Source of the DNA: Acutalibacteraceae bacterium
GTDB lineage: Bacteria > Bacillota > Clostridia > Oscillospirales > Acutalibacteraceae
DNA length: 64,000 nt
Direction of reading: 5' to 3'
NCBI GenBank assembly: GCA_045655905.1
Contig: JAZOQF010000193.1
Coordinates: forward strand, 1,102 to 65,101
Part shown: positions 13,027-24,133 of the stretch, piece by piece
How positions within the stretch are numbered: the stretch's first letter is position 1
Layout: each line of letters opens with the position of its first letter
Translations under genes and position numbers: made by a program
The notes under the pieces: generated by a model
Databases searched by the model: none
What the model was told of the DNA's origin: nothing
The model's input: only the letters and a program-made list of their open reading frames with translations

Positions 13027-14553
13027 ATGCCACTTTTTAAAAAATCAGCAAAAAGCGAGCCTCAAATAGATACAGAAAATTTAGCTCGTTTTAAAATCAC
13101 AAAGGCTGGCATACAGTAGATGTATGCTGATGATTAGAAGGTGCGTGCGGCAGCTGGTAAAGCAACCAGCGGCTCTTCCACGCTACGCTCTCTGACCGCG
13201 GATACCTTCACTTCAAACTACTATAACTTGGGTAGTTTGGATATAGTCAGAAAATACTCCAAAGAGGCCTATGATTTTTATCCCGCATATCAGATTTTAA
13301 TTGATTATCTTGCAAATATGTGTTTATGGAAATACATTTACACTCCACGCAAGGTAAAAGATAAGAAATCTGCGGTAAATTTTGAAGAGGTCTATTAGGA
13401 AATGAGCCAGGTAGTTGATGGTATTTCTCTTGAAACTACTGGCCCGCAAATTATAACCAACTTGCTTATCAATGGTGCAGTTTATTTGTATAGTGTTAAA
13501 CACACTTCTTCAAAAACTGTTACAACAATCCAATTGCCTGTTAAGTATTGCAGACCTGTTGGTTTAACCCAGTTCGGAACCTATCTTTATCAGTTTAATT
13601 ATCAATATTTTGATTCTTTGAGCCTCTCTGCAGAAGAACTTTAGGTAGTTATGTCTATGTATCCTTCTGAGATGGCCGCTGGATATAAACTTTATAAGGA
13701 GAATCCTTCTTTGTATCAATGGCAACAGCTAAACTCCAAGTTTAGCGGCGCGATTCTGCTGAATGATGATGGTTTCCCTACCAAGTTAAGAGCTTTGTTA
13801 AACATTCTTCACTACAACGAGTATCTGGAGAATGAATTAACCAAGAGCCAGCAACAGCTTGATAAAATCATTTCTCACAAAATTCCCACTTGGCAAGATC
13901 AATTGCTTATGGGAATGGAAGAAATGGCTTCGTTACACAAGTCTATTGCAGACAGGCTGTCAGTTAATAAGCACCTTAAACTTGTTACCACTTTTGGTGA
14001 TATGGGTGTTTTACCTGTTGGTAAGGACGACACCAAAGAAAATAAGACATTGAGCAACGCATATGATGCAATATTCAATAATGCGGGCGAAAATGCTCAT
14101 CTTTTCTCTGGAGATTTAAAGGAGTCGGTTGAATTTGCTTCAAAAAGAGATCAATCAATCGTTCTCAAATATGTAAATTAGATTGCAAATTATTTTAATC
14201 TGGTTGTAAATAATTTGTTTAATTTTAAAGGCTATCAATGTGACATTCAAATTTTGCCAATTACAATTTATAACTACAGTGATATGATGGAAATGTACCG
14301 TCAGTCTGCCACTCTTGGTGCGGGCAAGCTTGAGTTTATTGTTTCTACTGGCACAAAACAATGTCATATTGCCGATAAAATTGAACTTGAAGATTATTTG
14401 CGATTGGATAAACTTAAACCTCTGTCTACTTCTTACACACAGACTGAAACCGTTACCGAAACAGAGGAAGTGGTTGAAGAACCTGTTGTTTCTCCCGAAG
14501 AAGAGAAAGAGGAAAACACAACTGAAGTGGAACAAGAGGTAGTAACAGAATGA
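13027..14553 (+). CDS. portal protein candidate (508 aa)
   Basis: The ATG at 13027 and four same-frame track ORFs are joined through TAG at 13117, 13135, 13396, 13642 and 14179. It lies directly after TerL, has an acidic C-terminus and ends in TGA. Confidence 0.55.
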
Positions 14554-16001
14554 TAAGAATACCAACCAATGTTCCCGCTTTTATTCAGTAGGTCGAGGAT
14601 GCCGGCTCTGGCAAATATTCTAAGGCAAAACTTAGCGTATTTTATCAGGGTCGTACGGCCGATAACCGCATTTTTACAGAGCAGTTTTCCAATGAATTAC
14701 TGAAAACTTTACCTCTGACTCCTGTTGTTGGTTATTTTTCAAAAGAAAAAGACGACTTTAAGGGACACAATCCTGAACAGTATATTTATGGTGTGGTTCC
14801 AGAGTCCGCTACAATCTCTTTTGAAGAAGACGATGCAGGACATAAATTTGCGGTTGTTGATGTCATTCTTTTTACTGAGAGAAATGACAATATTGGCGAA
14901 GTTGCGAAAAAGATTGTTGGAAAACAACAGTCCTTGGAACTCAACAAAAACAACCTAAAATATAAGATTAATAGAGACCATTTTGGCCGCTTCGAAAGTC
15001 TTGAGTTTATTTCTGGTGAATTTGTTGGTTTGAGTGTACTTGGTGATGATGAAAAACCCGCATTTCCTGGGTCTCACTTCTTTACCGCTGAAGATGCTCC
15101 TGAACTTTGCACAAAGCTTGAAACATTCTTGCAGATGCTGAATGATGATGGAGGCAATATGGAAACTTTAGAGATCAAAGAATTCGAAGGACCTCTTGCA
15201 AGTTTCATTGAATGGACTGCGCAAGAGACTGAAGAAGCAATTTATGCGGCTTTGGCCCGCAATAATGTCTACGGCTACATTCTTCAGAACACAAGTTCCT
15301 ACGCTATCGTCCGCTGCTACAATGAAGCAACAAGAGCTGCTGAAGACTACAAGTACCCCGTTACAGTTAACGAAGAGTGCGTTGCAGTTCTTGGCGATCC
15401 TGTTCGAGTTTACGGTCGCTTCTACACAGAAGAGGAGATCGAAACCACCGAAAGCAAAGAGATCTTTGCCGAGGAGGAAAAGAAGGAAGAGGAAGATGCG
15501 GAGAAAGAACCTGTTGAAGAAACTCCCGCTGAAGAGACTCCTGAAGAAGAGAAAACTTCTGAGGAGAAAACTGAAGAGGAGAAGTTTGCTGAAGAAAAAT
15601 CTACTGAAGAGGAAGAGCCTTCCGAAGAAAAATTCGTTGAGAAGGAAGAGGAAGAGGAAACTCCTTCCGTAACAGAAGATGACCCCGTAGAAGAAAAAGA
15701 AGAAGACAAGCGAGACGAAGAAGAGGAACGTGTAGAAGATACCGCAGATACTCATTCCGCCGCATTGTCTGATAAAACAGAAGGAGAAGAACTTCATGGA
15801 TTTACCGCATCGGTAGATGGATCTACCCCAGAAGCAGTAAAGTTCTCTAAAGAAGAACTTGTAGATGCTTTGGCCGCGGCGCTTAAGATTGTCATGAATG
15901 ACAATGATGGAGTTGTTCCCGTTGTAACCCGTTTCGTAGAAACTACTCCGGCTTATGATGAAACCAATCCGGAGCATGTAATAAAAAAATATTCTAAATG
16001 A
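14550..16001 (+). CDS. head scaffolding / prohead-protease-like protein with Glu/Lys-rich domain (483 aa)
   Basis: ATGA overlap with the portal gene, TAG at 14589, same frame as track ORF 14793-16001. Contains a long EEK low-complexity segment typical of scaffolds. Confidence 0.5.
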
Positions 16002-16015
16002 GGTGCTAATTTAAT

Positions 16016-16516
16016 ATGATTACTCGTTTAATGCCTAAATTTAAGGTACTTGAGCCTAGCAATCTGACTGGTCTTAGAAATGGCCACGTGCTCGCTCAGA
16101 TGCCCGTTGCAGCTGACATCACCGTCAAGACTGTAGGTGAGCACAAGTTCATCGAGAATGGTCTTTTTGTTGGCCTGAATGCAGAAGGCAAGATTACTAA
16201 TCTTGACGATGCTACAAGTAAGCAGGTTTTCGTTCACTTTGACGAAGAGCTCTCCACTATTCTGGATGCTGCTTGCTACTATGCTACTCCTGTCGAGGAG
16301 TCTGAAGAAACTTATATCCGTGCCGTAGCTATGTATGTTGGTGACACAGTTGTAACTGACAACTATGCTGGCGAGCTTACTACTGCTAAGTATGCAAAGG
16401 TTGTTGACGGTGTTGCTACCCTCCAGACCGCTGCTGATGAGAGCTCCCTGTTTATCGCTAAGGCTACCACTCTTCCCACTGGTGAAGCAGCTGTAGAATT
16501 AATGCTCTACAAGTAA
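16016..16516 (+). CDS. hypothetical head protein (166 aa)
   Basis: Track ORF with no TAG. GC3-rich codon usage like the adjacent capsid gene. Confidence 0.65.
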   Translation: MITRLMPKFKVLEPSNLTGLRNGHVLAQMPVAADITVKTVGEHKFIENGLFVGLNAEGKITNLDDATSKQVFVHFDEELSTILDAACYYATPVEESEETYIRAVAMYVGDTVVTDNYAGELTTAKYAKVVDGVATLQTAADESSLFIAKATTLPTGEAAVELMLYK

Positions 16517-16540
16517 TTTAAATTGAGAGGTATAATATAA

Positions 16541-17554
16541 ATGGCTACTGTAACTGAATTAAAGACTCTGATTAAGAGTGCTCTTACTCCCGCATCCGCT
16601 AATTTCAGCGCAGACAATGCACTGGTTGAGGCTATTTGCGAGACTTATGACCTCCGTAACGCTAGTGCTCGTGAGATCCGCGCTCACCAGGCTGAGGTTT
16701 TTGCTCTGATTGAGGAGCAGATTGAGGCTGTTCTGCCTAAGGCAGTTGAAAACATTGTAGGCGGCTTTGCTGAGGTTAAGACCTTCGCTTATGACGCTGA
16801 GCCTGTTTTTGAGCTGAAGGGTATGGGCAAGGCTCGTGCTCGTATGGGTATCGTTCCTGGCGCACGTGCTGGTATTTACAAGGCTAGACGCCTTGACAAC
16901 AAGTATGTTTCCGTTCCTGTAAAGGTTGAGACCGTTGCAGTTATGGTTACTCTTGAGGAAATTCTGCTTGGTAAGATGTCCCTCGCAGAGCTCATGGCTA
17001 ACATTGCTAATGGCTACGCTGAGCTGATTTACATCAATGCTATTAAGGCTCTCCGCACCGCTAAGACCCTTGCTCCTGCAGCTAACTGCAAGACTGGTAG
17101 TGGTTTTGATGGCGCTGCACTTGATGGCCTGGTAAGCATCGCTAGAGCTTACGGTTCTCCCGTTATCATGGGCTTCCGTTCTGCTCTGTCTAAGATCAAC
17201 AATGGTGCAGGTTGGGATAATGTAACTCCTAACATCTCTGCAGCTGATGCAGATGACATCCGTAGAGCTGGCGTTATTGCTATGTATCACGGTGTTCCCG
17301 TAGTTGAGCTTCCTAACTACCTGGTTGACGAAACTAATTCCGGCTTCGTATTCAGCGAGGGCGATATCTTCGTTCTTCCCGCTGAGTCCCGTCCTGTAAA
17401 GGTTGCTATGAAGGGTGACCTTGTAATCGTAGAGAACCAGCATGCTACTGGCTCTATGGAGCAGCAGGCTCACCGTTTGATGGGTGTAGGTCTTGTACTC
17501 GCTAACAATGTTTGCGTTTACACTGACAGCTCCATCTCTGGCGGTATTGCTTAA
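16541..17554 (+). CDS. major capsid protein candidate (337 aa)
   Basis: Track ORF located after the scaffold gene. It has a strong RBS, distinct high-expression-type codon usage, no TAG, and hairpin 17568-17593 downstream. The long antisense ORF 16559-17605 is rejected. Confidence 0.6.
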   Translation: MATVTELKTLIKSALTPASANFSADNALVEAICETYDLRNASAREIRAHQAEVFALIEEQIEAVLPKAVENIVGGFAEVKTFAYDAEPVFELKGMGKARARMGIVPGARAGIYKARRLDNKYVSVPVKVETVAVMVTLEEILLGKMSLAELMANIANGYAELIYINAIKALRTAKTLAPAANCKTGSGFDGAALDGLVSIARAYGSPVIMGFRSALSKINNGAGWDNVTPNISAADADDIRRAGVIAMYHGVPVVELPNYLVDETNSGFVFSEGDIFVLPAESRPVKVAMKGDLVIVENQHATGSMEQQAHRLMGVGLVLANNVCVYTDSSISGGIA

Positions 17555-17567
17555 TTGATTTAAAATT

Positions 17568-17593
17568 GAGGGTGAGTGAAATATCTCACCCTC
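17568..17593 (+). terminator. hairpin after capsid gene (attenuator or terminator)
   Basis: GAGGGTGAG-8 nt-CTCACCCTC with no T-run. Confidence 0.4.
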
Positions 17594-17616
17594 CCCAAAA
17601 CACAAGGAGAAAATAA

Positions 17617-18096
17617 ATGGCGCGCGAAACCCAAAATTATTATGATATTGTAAAACTTTGTAAAGGTGGGCTGGTTCTTAATTTGCCTTCTCACGACTCC
17701 ACTGTTCTTTCTCGCAGAATTGAGTTCGCTCATAATGTAGATAAGATCAGAGTTCCTCGTACTCATGCACTCGGTATTTTTATTGATGGCACTCTTGAAA
17801 GAATGTATAAGGAAGGCTACTTTAAAGTAGAGCCCGAAGCTTTTTTTAACGCAGAGATTGAGGAGATTTTCTTTCCTATTCAGGGAGTTGCAGAGACCTT
17901 TGATGATGAAATAGTTACCAAAGCTCTGATGTCTGGTAATAGAATGAAGATTAAGGAGATTATTGGCACAAGTGCTGTTAATCGCGACAAGGTATTAAAG
18001 ATTTCTAAGGAAATTCAGGCCGATCTATCCGTTGCAATGATTAAAGATCTTGAAAAGATTTTTGGGGTAGAGTTAATGGTCGATGATGCAGAATAA
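17617..18096 (+). CDS. hypothetical virion protein (159 aa)
   Basis: Track ORF with AAGGAG RBS and TAA stop. Confidence 0.65.
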   Translation: MARETQNYYDIVKLCKGGLVLNLPSHDSTVLSRRIEFAHNVDKIRVPRTHALGIFIDGTLERMYKEGYFKVEPEAFFNAEIEEIFFPIQGVAETFDDEIVTKALMSGNRMKIKEIIGTSAVNRDKVLKISKEIQADLSVAMIKDLEKIFGVELMVDDAE

Positions 18097-18562
18097 TTAT
18101 TGGACTAAAATATTATATCCGGTTTTTCTCGCTGGCATAGACAGTTGTACTTTTGCTTCTTTAAGTGACCAAGACCTGTAGCAAGAACTTGATTTTCTTG
18201 CGCAGCGTGCTGTTGCACAGTTCAAATTTCCTCATATTAATTTGAGCTATGGTTTTGATGAAGAGCTTGAAGACAGCGGCACAGAAAAGGGCTATTACTT
18301 TAATTCTGAGATAACTTTCAAGGAAATAAATGTAATAGTTGCTTGGATGCGCGCGTTTTGGCTTGAGTTCCAACTTGCAAGAGAGAAAAACTACCAAAAT
18401 CTTTATGCAGATAAAGATGTAAAAGCATTTTCAAGTGGTAATTTAATCAGTAGTATTTTGAAAGCATATGAGAGCGCTGTAAAGCACGCTCGAAAAGTTG
18501 AGGAAGAATACGGTAGAGTTACCATTGATGGTGTGCCTGCGATTGGAGCGATAAATGTCTAA
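18083..18562 (+). CDS. head-tail connector-like protein (159 aa)
   Basis: ATG 18083 is in frame with track ORF 18242-18562 through TAG 18179. The function call is from position only. Confidence 0.45.
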
Positions 18563-19361
18563 ATTTGGCACCTTCCGCAGAAAACATGAAGTGTCTGAGT
18601 CCTGTCAGCAGAAATATGAGAGTTCTTTCATTTTTGAAGGCACTGGTTCGGCAGTGATTCATCACTTTAGACCCAATAGAAATAAGAAGGCCGCAATTAT
18701 CTTAACCGATAAAGAAGGCCCCGACATTTCTATTATTTTCACTTTGAAAGAAAATAAAGAAGATATAAACCTTCAAAAAGGTGACTATTATTCTTGGGAA
18801 GATAAAATATATTTTGTTTATGAAAATGTCGACCTTGTAAGAGAGGCGAATTTCATTAAACAAAAGAGCTATCAATGTAATGTGCAGTTTGAAGTTGCGG
18901 GAAAAACCTATTATGGATACTTCGTTTCTTCGTTACAACGTTACGCGGACACGCTACTTCAAAAAAATATTGTTATAAGCGATACCGACAAGCCAGTGCT
19001 TATTTTGCCGCACTCCGATTGGATTTGCAAAGACAAGAAGATTGTGATTGGTAAAAAGCCTTATCGTATTGTTTCTTATGATGATATGACAAATGCGGGA
19101 ATTGTTTATGCATCTCTTGACCGCGATTTCATTTCTGATGAAGGTGATCCAGCAGTTGATGTGAACAGAGTCCGCGCAGGTGATGAAGTAACTGTTGCAA
19201 TTTGCAATGGTTATTTTGATACAGATTTTGAAGTAGAAATTATTGATCTGTCTCTTGATAGCGTAACTTTTAGAATGCCTTTTGGCATTGACAAAATTAA
19301 AGTTTTCTCGCGAGATGAAGAAGGAAACAGTGTTGTTAAAGAAGTGGAGGTTACTTTATAA
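18555..19361 (+). CDS. hypothetical virion protein (268 aa)
   Basis: Track ORF overlapping its neighbours at both ends. Confidence 0.65.
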   Translation: MSKFGTFRRKHEVSESCQQKYESSFIFEGTGSAVIHHFRPNRNKKAAIILTDKEGPDISIIFTLKENKEDINLQKGDYYSWEDKIYFVYENVDLVREANFIKQKSYQCNVQFEVAGKTYYGYFVSSLQRYADTLLQKNIVISDTDKPVLILPHSDWICKDKKIVIGKKPYRIVSYDDMTNAGIVYASLDRDFISDEGDPAVDVNRVRAGDEVTVAICNGYFDTDFEVEIIDLSLDSVTFRMPFGIDKIKVFSRDEEGNSVVKEVEVTL

Positions 19362-19843
19362 TGTTCGAGAGAATAGAAAAAGCACTTTTCGCCATTAGAA
19401 GCGTTATTCTTAATGACGAGGAGATCCGCAAGCTGATTTATAACACTGAGTTTAATCCTCTTGCGGGCGAACTCCCCTCAATTGAGGATACGCTACCTTA
19501 TGTTACAATGAAACCATTTCTTACCTTTGATAATGAAGAAGGATACACAAGAAATGTTGAGTTGAACATTTATGTAGCACTTGGCAGCAGCGAAGATGAT
19601 GTTGCTTCTGCCGCTGTTAGAATTAATATCGTCGTTAACCGTGACAAGTGGGAGATTAAAGATGCAATCCGCCCGTTAAGAATTGCGGATAAGATTGTGG
19701 ATTTATTGGATATGGAAACACATATCACTTCAAATCCTCTTATGTTCCATTCTGTTACTGAATTGGTTGTTGATGATAAATTAGCTGGATATAGCGTACT
19801 GTTCGATATTGCGGATGGTATTGCTACAATAAATAAGTTTTAA
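19361..19843 (+). CDS. hypothetical virion protein (160 aa)
   Basis: Track ORF with a TAATG overlap. Confidence 0.65.
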   Translation: MFERIEKALFAIRSVILNDEEIRKLIYNTEFNPLAGELPSIEDTLPYVTMKPFLTFDNEEGYTRNVELNIYVALGSSEDDVASAAVRINIVVNRDKWEIKDAIRPLRIADKIVDLLDMETHITSNPLMFHSVTELVVDDKLAGYSVLFDIADGIATINKF

Positions 19844-19857
19844 GAGGTAAACAATAA

Positions 19858-20616
19858 ATGGCAAATGTAACTTTTGACCAGTTGATGAAGGGCTTTGGCG
19901 TCGTTACTGTTATGAATGCTACTATTTATAAATTAAATGAGGGGCATAGTTATGTTGGACGCGGAGCTTGTCCTCACGGTGGTGCAAGTGGTGAAGCTTT
20001 AAGACCTAGTGATTTTTATTGCACAGGCCTTTATCTTGACACTCTGAAGATTGCTAACCTGAACCAGGAAGGTCCTACAAAGACTATCACTGGTGGTCAG
20101 TATGCAAACCCCCTGATTAAATATGGTAAAACCATGACTTGCGAGATGCAGGACGCTCTCGGCCGCCAGGCAGTTATGACTGAATTCTTTGGTTGTAAAT
20201 ACGACAAGGACACTGAAACTCTTTCTATTGGTGATACATTCCCCGGTCCTTTTGCGATTGAAGGAGACACTTTCTTTATCGATCAGAAGAGTGGTGAGCA
20301 GGTTTCTGTTCATATCTTCATCCCTCAGTTCATTCCTGATGGTATCCTTAACCTTACCCAGGACGCTGAAGGCGATGCCACTGTATTCGACCTTAACGGC
20401 ACTCTCGGCATGACAGAAATTGTCGTTATCGATAAAGAGGGTCAGGAAGTCAAGGAGCAGGAGTCTGACAAGGCTAAGACTGAGAAAGTCTTCTACCAGA
20501 TTAGATCTACTTCTTGGTTTGAGAACGCAGTTACTTATCCCACTGATCGTAAAGACGCAGAAGATAACTATCATGAAGAGGGGACAGAACATGATGATTC
20601 CCCTACTGGTGAGTAA
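19858..20616 (+). CDS. candidate major tail (tube) protein (252 aa)
   Basis: Track ORF with AAGAGGTAAA RBS and no TAG, followed by strong terminator 20637-20665. Confidence 0.45.
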   Translation: MANVTFDQLMKGFGVVTVMNATIYKLNEGHSYVGRGACPHGGASGEALRPSDFYCTGLYLDTLKIANLNQEGPTKTITGGQYANPLIKYGKTMTCEMQDALGRQAVMTEFFGCKYDKDTETLSIGDTFPGPFAIEGDTFFIDQKSGEQVSVHIFIPQFIPDGILNLTQDAEGDATVFDLNGTLGMTEIVVIDKEGQEVKEQESDKAKTEKVFYQIRSTSWFENAVTYPTDRKDAEDNYHEEGTEHDDSPTGE

Positions 20617-20636
20617 TCCAATAATAAAAATTTTTC

Positions 20637-20665
20637 CCTCAGGAGCTTAGCCTCCTGAGGTTTTT
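20637..20665 (+). terminator. intrinsic terminator
   Basis: CCTCAGGAG-loop-CTCCTGAGG followed by T5. Confidence 0.85.
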
Positions 20666-20679
20666 ATTTCCCCAAAAAC

Positions 20680-20708
20680 TTGACAAATAGAACAAAATAT
20701 GTTATAAT
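20680..20708 (+). promoter_or_regulatory. sigma70/sigmaA-type promoter inside the structural operon
   Basis: TTGACA-17 bp-TGtTATAAT. Confidence 0.7.
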
Positions 20709-20732
20709 ATAAATATAAGATGGAGGTTGTCT

Positions 20733-21446
20733 ATGAACAAATTATATGAGTTTGGCGGTTTAGCGACCGTTACTTTAAAAACAAAAGTCCCCGTTACCAT
20801 TGGGGGAAAAGAATATGAAGCAGGCGAACCATATACTGTAATGGACGATGTAGAGGTTTCCTTTACATATAAGCCTATTTCGTCTGAGTCGTCTGGCAAA
20901 AGGACGGTTTATTCGGGGCAGGAAGCGTATCCTACCTCAATCGTTTTAGATAAAGTGCCGATGCAGACAAAAATCCATGACTTAATTTTTTAGCCCTATG
21001 ACACAGAAATGCTTGTGCATACTGAACGGCTTATTTTGACCGCGAGAGATGGAAAAATTATTTTGCCAAAATAGCCGCGAAATTTTGAGTCTGTTTTTGT
21101 TTATGATATGGGATATTCTAAACAAACTAAAACTGCGCTAAATGATAATATTTTAGAAGGTGAATTTGCGGAAAAAGAAGCATATTTTGTATTCTTTGAA
21201 GTAGAGGAGCCTGCCCATGTTTATAGTTTAGACACTCCAAGATTGCCTTATTTTTCAATGGAGATTGAATTAAAGGGTAATGTGGACAAAAAACCTGGTT
21301 GTGGTTTTATTTGTTTTGATGCGGTGTCTTTACAAGCAACGCCGAGCTTAGATATTGCAGTACAAGATGTAGAAAATTCTACATTAAGGTTTAATCCTAT
21401 TTATACCAATCAGAAAAAACCTTATTTTGGATTACAAAAGAGGTGA
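20733..21446 (+). CDS. hypothetical tail-module protein (237 aa)
   Basis: ATG 20733 with GGAGG RBS. Track ORFs 20727-20993 and 21108-21446 share a frame through TAG 20991 and 21072. Confidence 0.55.
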
Positions 21447-21452
21447 TGAACC

Positions 21453-22991
21453 TTGGCTGAAAAAAACAAAAAAAATAGCGGGCCGGTCGCAAAAACCAGT
21501 AAAGCCGCTGTTGATAGTATCGCAAATTGGGTCTCTACTAATTATAGCACGCTTGCTCAAAAGTATTATTTACATACAACAGATAGATATTTTTCTGTAG
21601 CAGCCATGTCGATTTATGAAAAATTACAGACTAAGAAAAAATATTATCGACAATTCACATCGAAAAAATTAAAAACAATAATAGATATCTGTGAACAAAA
21701 AGAAGAAGAAATTTATGAAGTGCTTTTTGGAAACAGTGATTGTAATTTTGGAAGAAAGAAAATGCAAGAATGGCTTTCGGCTATGTTATCCACCTCTTCT
21801 GATTTGTCAACTTTGATAGCTCTTAGAACTCTCCAAACGCAATTATATTTTAAAGAGACGGAAAGCGCAGAAGCAAGAAAAGTTTTAGAAGACGGAGCAG
21901 AATCAATGTTTTAGACGATATAGAAAACAATACAAGATGAAAATGCTCCCGAGATTATAAGAAAAAGATTTTAGACTTTTTTATCACGAATTTTTAAAAA
22001 ACAGGTTTCTGATATAGATTATGTATAGTTATTAGAGTCCTTAAAAAATCGAGATGAAAAAACTATTACTTAGCTTCTTTCCGCAAGTAAAGAAGCACTA
22101 GCAAGTGAAGGTTTTTTAGCTGAACCCTTTTTTGTTGACCTGGTTAATAAGGCCATAGAAAAAAATCCAGAGATAGTAAAACGAATAGGCGATAAATATA
22201 TTGGAGCAGAACTTTTTGGTAGAGAACTTGGAGCAGGAAAACAGGGTTCTACTGACGTAAAAATTACTATAGGTGATATAGAATTTGGTGTGAGTCTTAA
22301 ATTACAAAGGACAGTATCGGGTTTTTCGGGATAGAATACATGGGGTGGCTTTATGTTCAAAAAAACAGAAGGTAGCTTCAGCAGGGACAATAAAACAGTA
22401 AATGATATAGTAGAATACCTTGGGAATAGTGTTCCGGGGAGTGATTTATTTTATATAAGAGATGGAAAATTTTTACAAGAACTTAGATATCTTTTAACTA
22501 ATATGCGCACTACGAGAACGTCTTTTATACGAGGTAATAAAAATAAAATTTATACAGAAGTTTACGAAATTGCTTACTTAAAAAGATTAATTTTTAGTGT
22601 CTTTGGCGAAGGTTCTAGCGGAGACACTATCGATTTAGATGTTTTGCCAATATTTTTAGTTAGTGGTGATCAATTTATAGCGAGCGCAGAAATTGCCAGA
22701 TATTTATTTAAAAAAGTCGGCTCGCATACTTTAACAGGCAATACATGGACTCTTCCTGATATTTACCCAGGCGGCATTATAAAACAAAAGAAAGAAGTTT
22801 TAAAAGCTGCTTTACAGAAAAGAAAAGAAGGTGGGGATTTCGTAGATCCTCAAGATGGTCTTTATTATAGATTGCTCACAGAAGATGAAGCGGCAATTAA
22901 TTTATTTAAGAGCCTCTACAACAATACTTCTCTAGCCTGTAAAGTGCAATATAAAGCGATTTTATCATCTGTAAAAAGGAGTGGACTATGA
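21453..22991 (+). CDS. hypothetical tail-module protein (512 aa) with 6 in-frame TAG
   Basis: TTG start after an AAGAGGTGA RBS. Track ORFs 21453-21914 and 22353-22991 share a frame. TAG at 21912, 21921, 21972, 22026, 22071 and 22332, with no TAA/TGA between them. Confidence 0.45.
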
Positions 22992-23713
22992 CCTTTCAAG
23001 ATAACTTTTCCCGCGTACTCCTTTTATCTGAGTCGCCTGTATTCTTTTACCTTGATGACCCTTATCTTGTTGAAACTACAACAATAACAATGAGATTTCT
23101 CACTATACAAGAGACTCTTACAGATCCATATATACAGACAACGTTAAGTGTTTTAAACATGATTAGCGATGATATAAAAGAAAAGCTCAAAATGCCAAAC
23201 TGTTCTTCAGTCTGGGAATTACTTAAAACATTAAAAACATATGGTGGAACAGATCAAGTTTCACGTCACTTCAATTATTTTTGTGAAAAAATTTTTGGAG
23301 ATCAATTTGTATCCACAGATAGCGGATGGAAACTTGGCATTTTTGAACTTGATGAATAGCTCTTCGAGCGCATATCAGAAATTTAGTTAATCGCATCGGG
23401 ACTTAAAAAATACGAAGATCAAAATAACGGAAAAATTAAAAAACCTCGTACTATGATCGAGCAAGAGGAGCGCATTAGACGAATCAAATCTCGTGCAAAG
23501 AATGGTAATCCTCTAGACGATGGATACGATAATCTAATGAAAATGTTCTTGCCGATTAATTACGAGCTTGGATATACATTTGAACAATTGTTTCAAATGA
23601 ACCAATATCATGTTTTGGCACTGTAGCAGCAAATAAGTAAAATTGTTCGCTACGATATTCAAAAACGCCAAATCATGAGCAAAAAGAAAATTACCTATAT
23701 TACAGGAGATTAA
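22988..23713 (+). CDS. hypothetical protein, positional tail-assembly chaperone candidate (241 aa)
   Basis: ATGA overlap. Track ORF 22988-23359 extends through TAG 23357, 23384 and 23624 to TAA 23711. Confidence 0.45.
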
Positions 23714-23715
23714 AA

Positions 23716-24120
23716 ATGACTAATACACAACTCTTAGAGCTTTTCAAAACTATTGCTGAAGTTGATAATTGTTTTGATCGCGAAATTATGCTTAAAAAAG
23801 CTAAAAAACAATACAAGAAAAGCTATTTTTACAGAGAAACAAAGATGAATATTCATCGCGCTTATGCGGTTTTTACGCTATCTGGATTAAGCAAAATTGC
23901 CGCAATTTTGAGCAGTCCTATTCTGTCTGCTTTTGCGAAGGGCGATGTTAAGGCAATTATCGAGCAGATTGAAGAAGGCATCAAAAACTTTGACAAAGCT
24001 TCTCTTGACGGAATTATCGCTTATGTTAATGATAATTTTAGCACAGACCTTGAAGCCGCTCGTGCTTTAATTGGTGAATACAAAGGAGTTGCAGAATTGC
24101 TCTTAGGCTCCTTGAAATAA
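23716..24120 (+). CDS. hypothetical protein (134 aa)
   Basis: Track ORF immediately upstream of the tape measure gene. Confidence 0.6.
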   Translation: MTNTQLLELFKTIAEVDNCFDREIMLKKAKKQYKKSYFYRETKMNIHRAYAVFTLSGLSKIAAILSSPILSAFAKGDVKAIIEQIEEGIKNFDKASLDGIIAYVNDNFSTDLEAARALIGEYKGVAELLLGSLK

Positions 24121-24133
24121 GAGGTGGTGAATA

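Noticed and set aside
16559-17605. A 348-aa minus-strand ORF antisense to the capsid gene. Similar cases are 45488-46459 plus, 15168-15977 minus and 19999-20592 minus.
   Set aside because: Each is a shadow ORF opposite a GC3-biased or low-complexity gene. The translations are compositionally odd (Ser/Leu/Asn-rich) and lack start signals.
22988-24120. A programmed -1 frameshift between tail assembly chaperone genes upstream of the tape measure.
   Set aside because: The two ORFs are separated by a TAA and a normal RBS-ATG. I could not identify a slippery heptamer in the overlap region by eye, so this is left unsupported.
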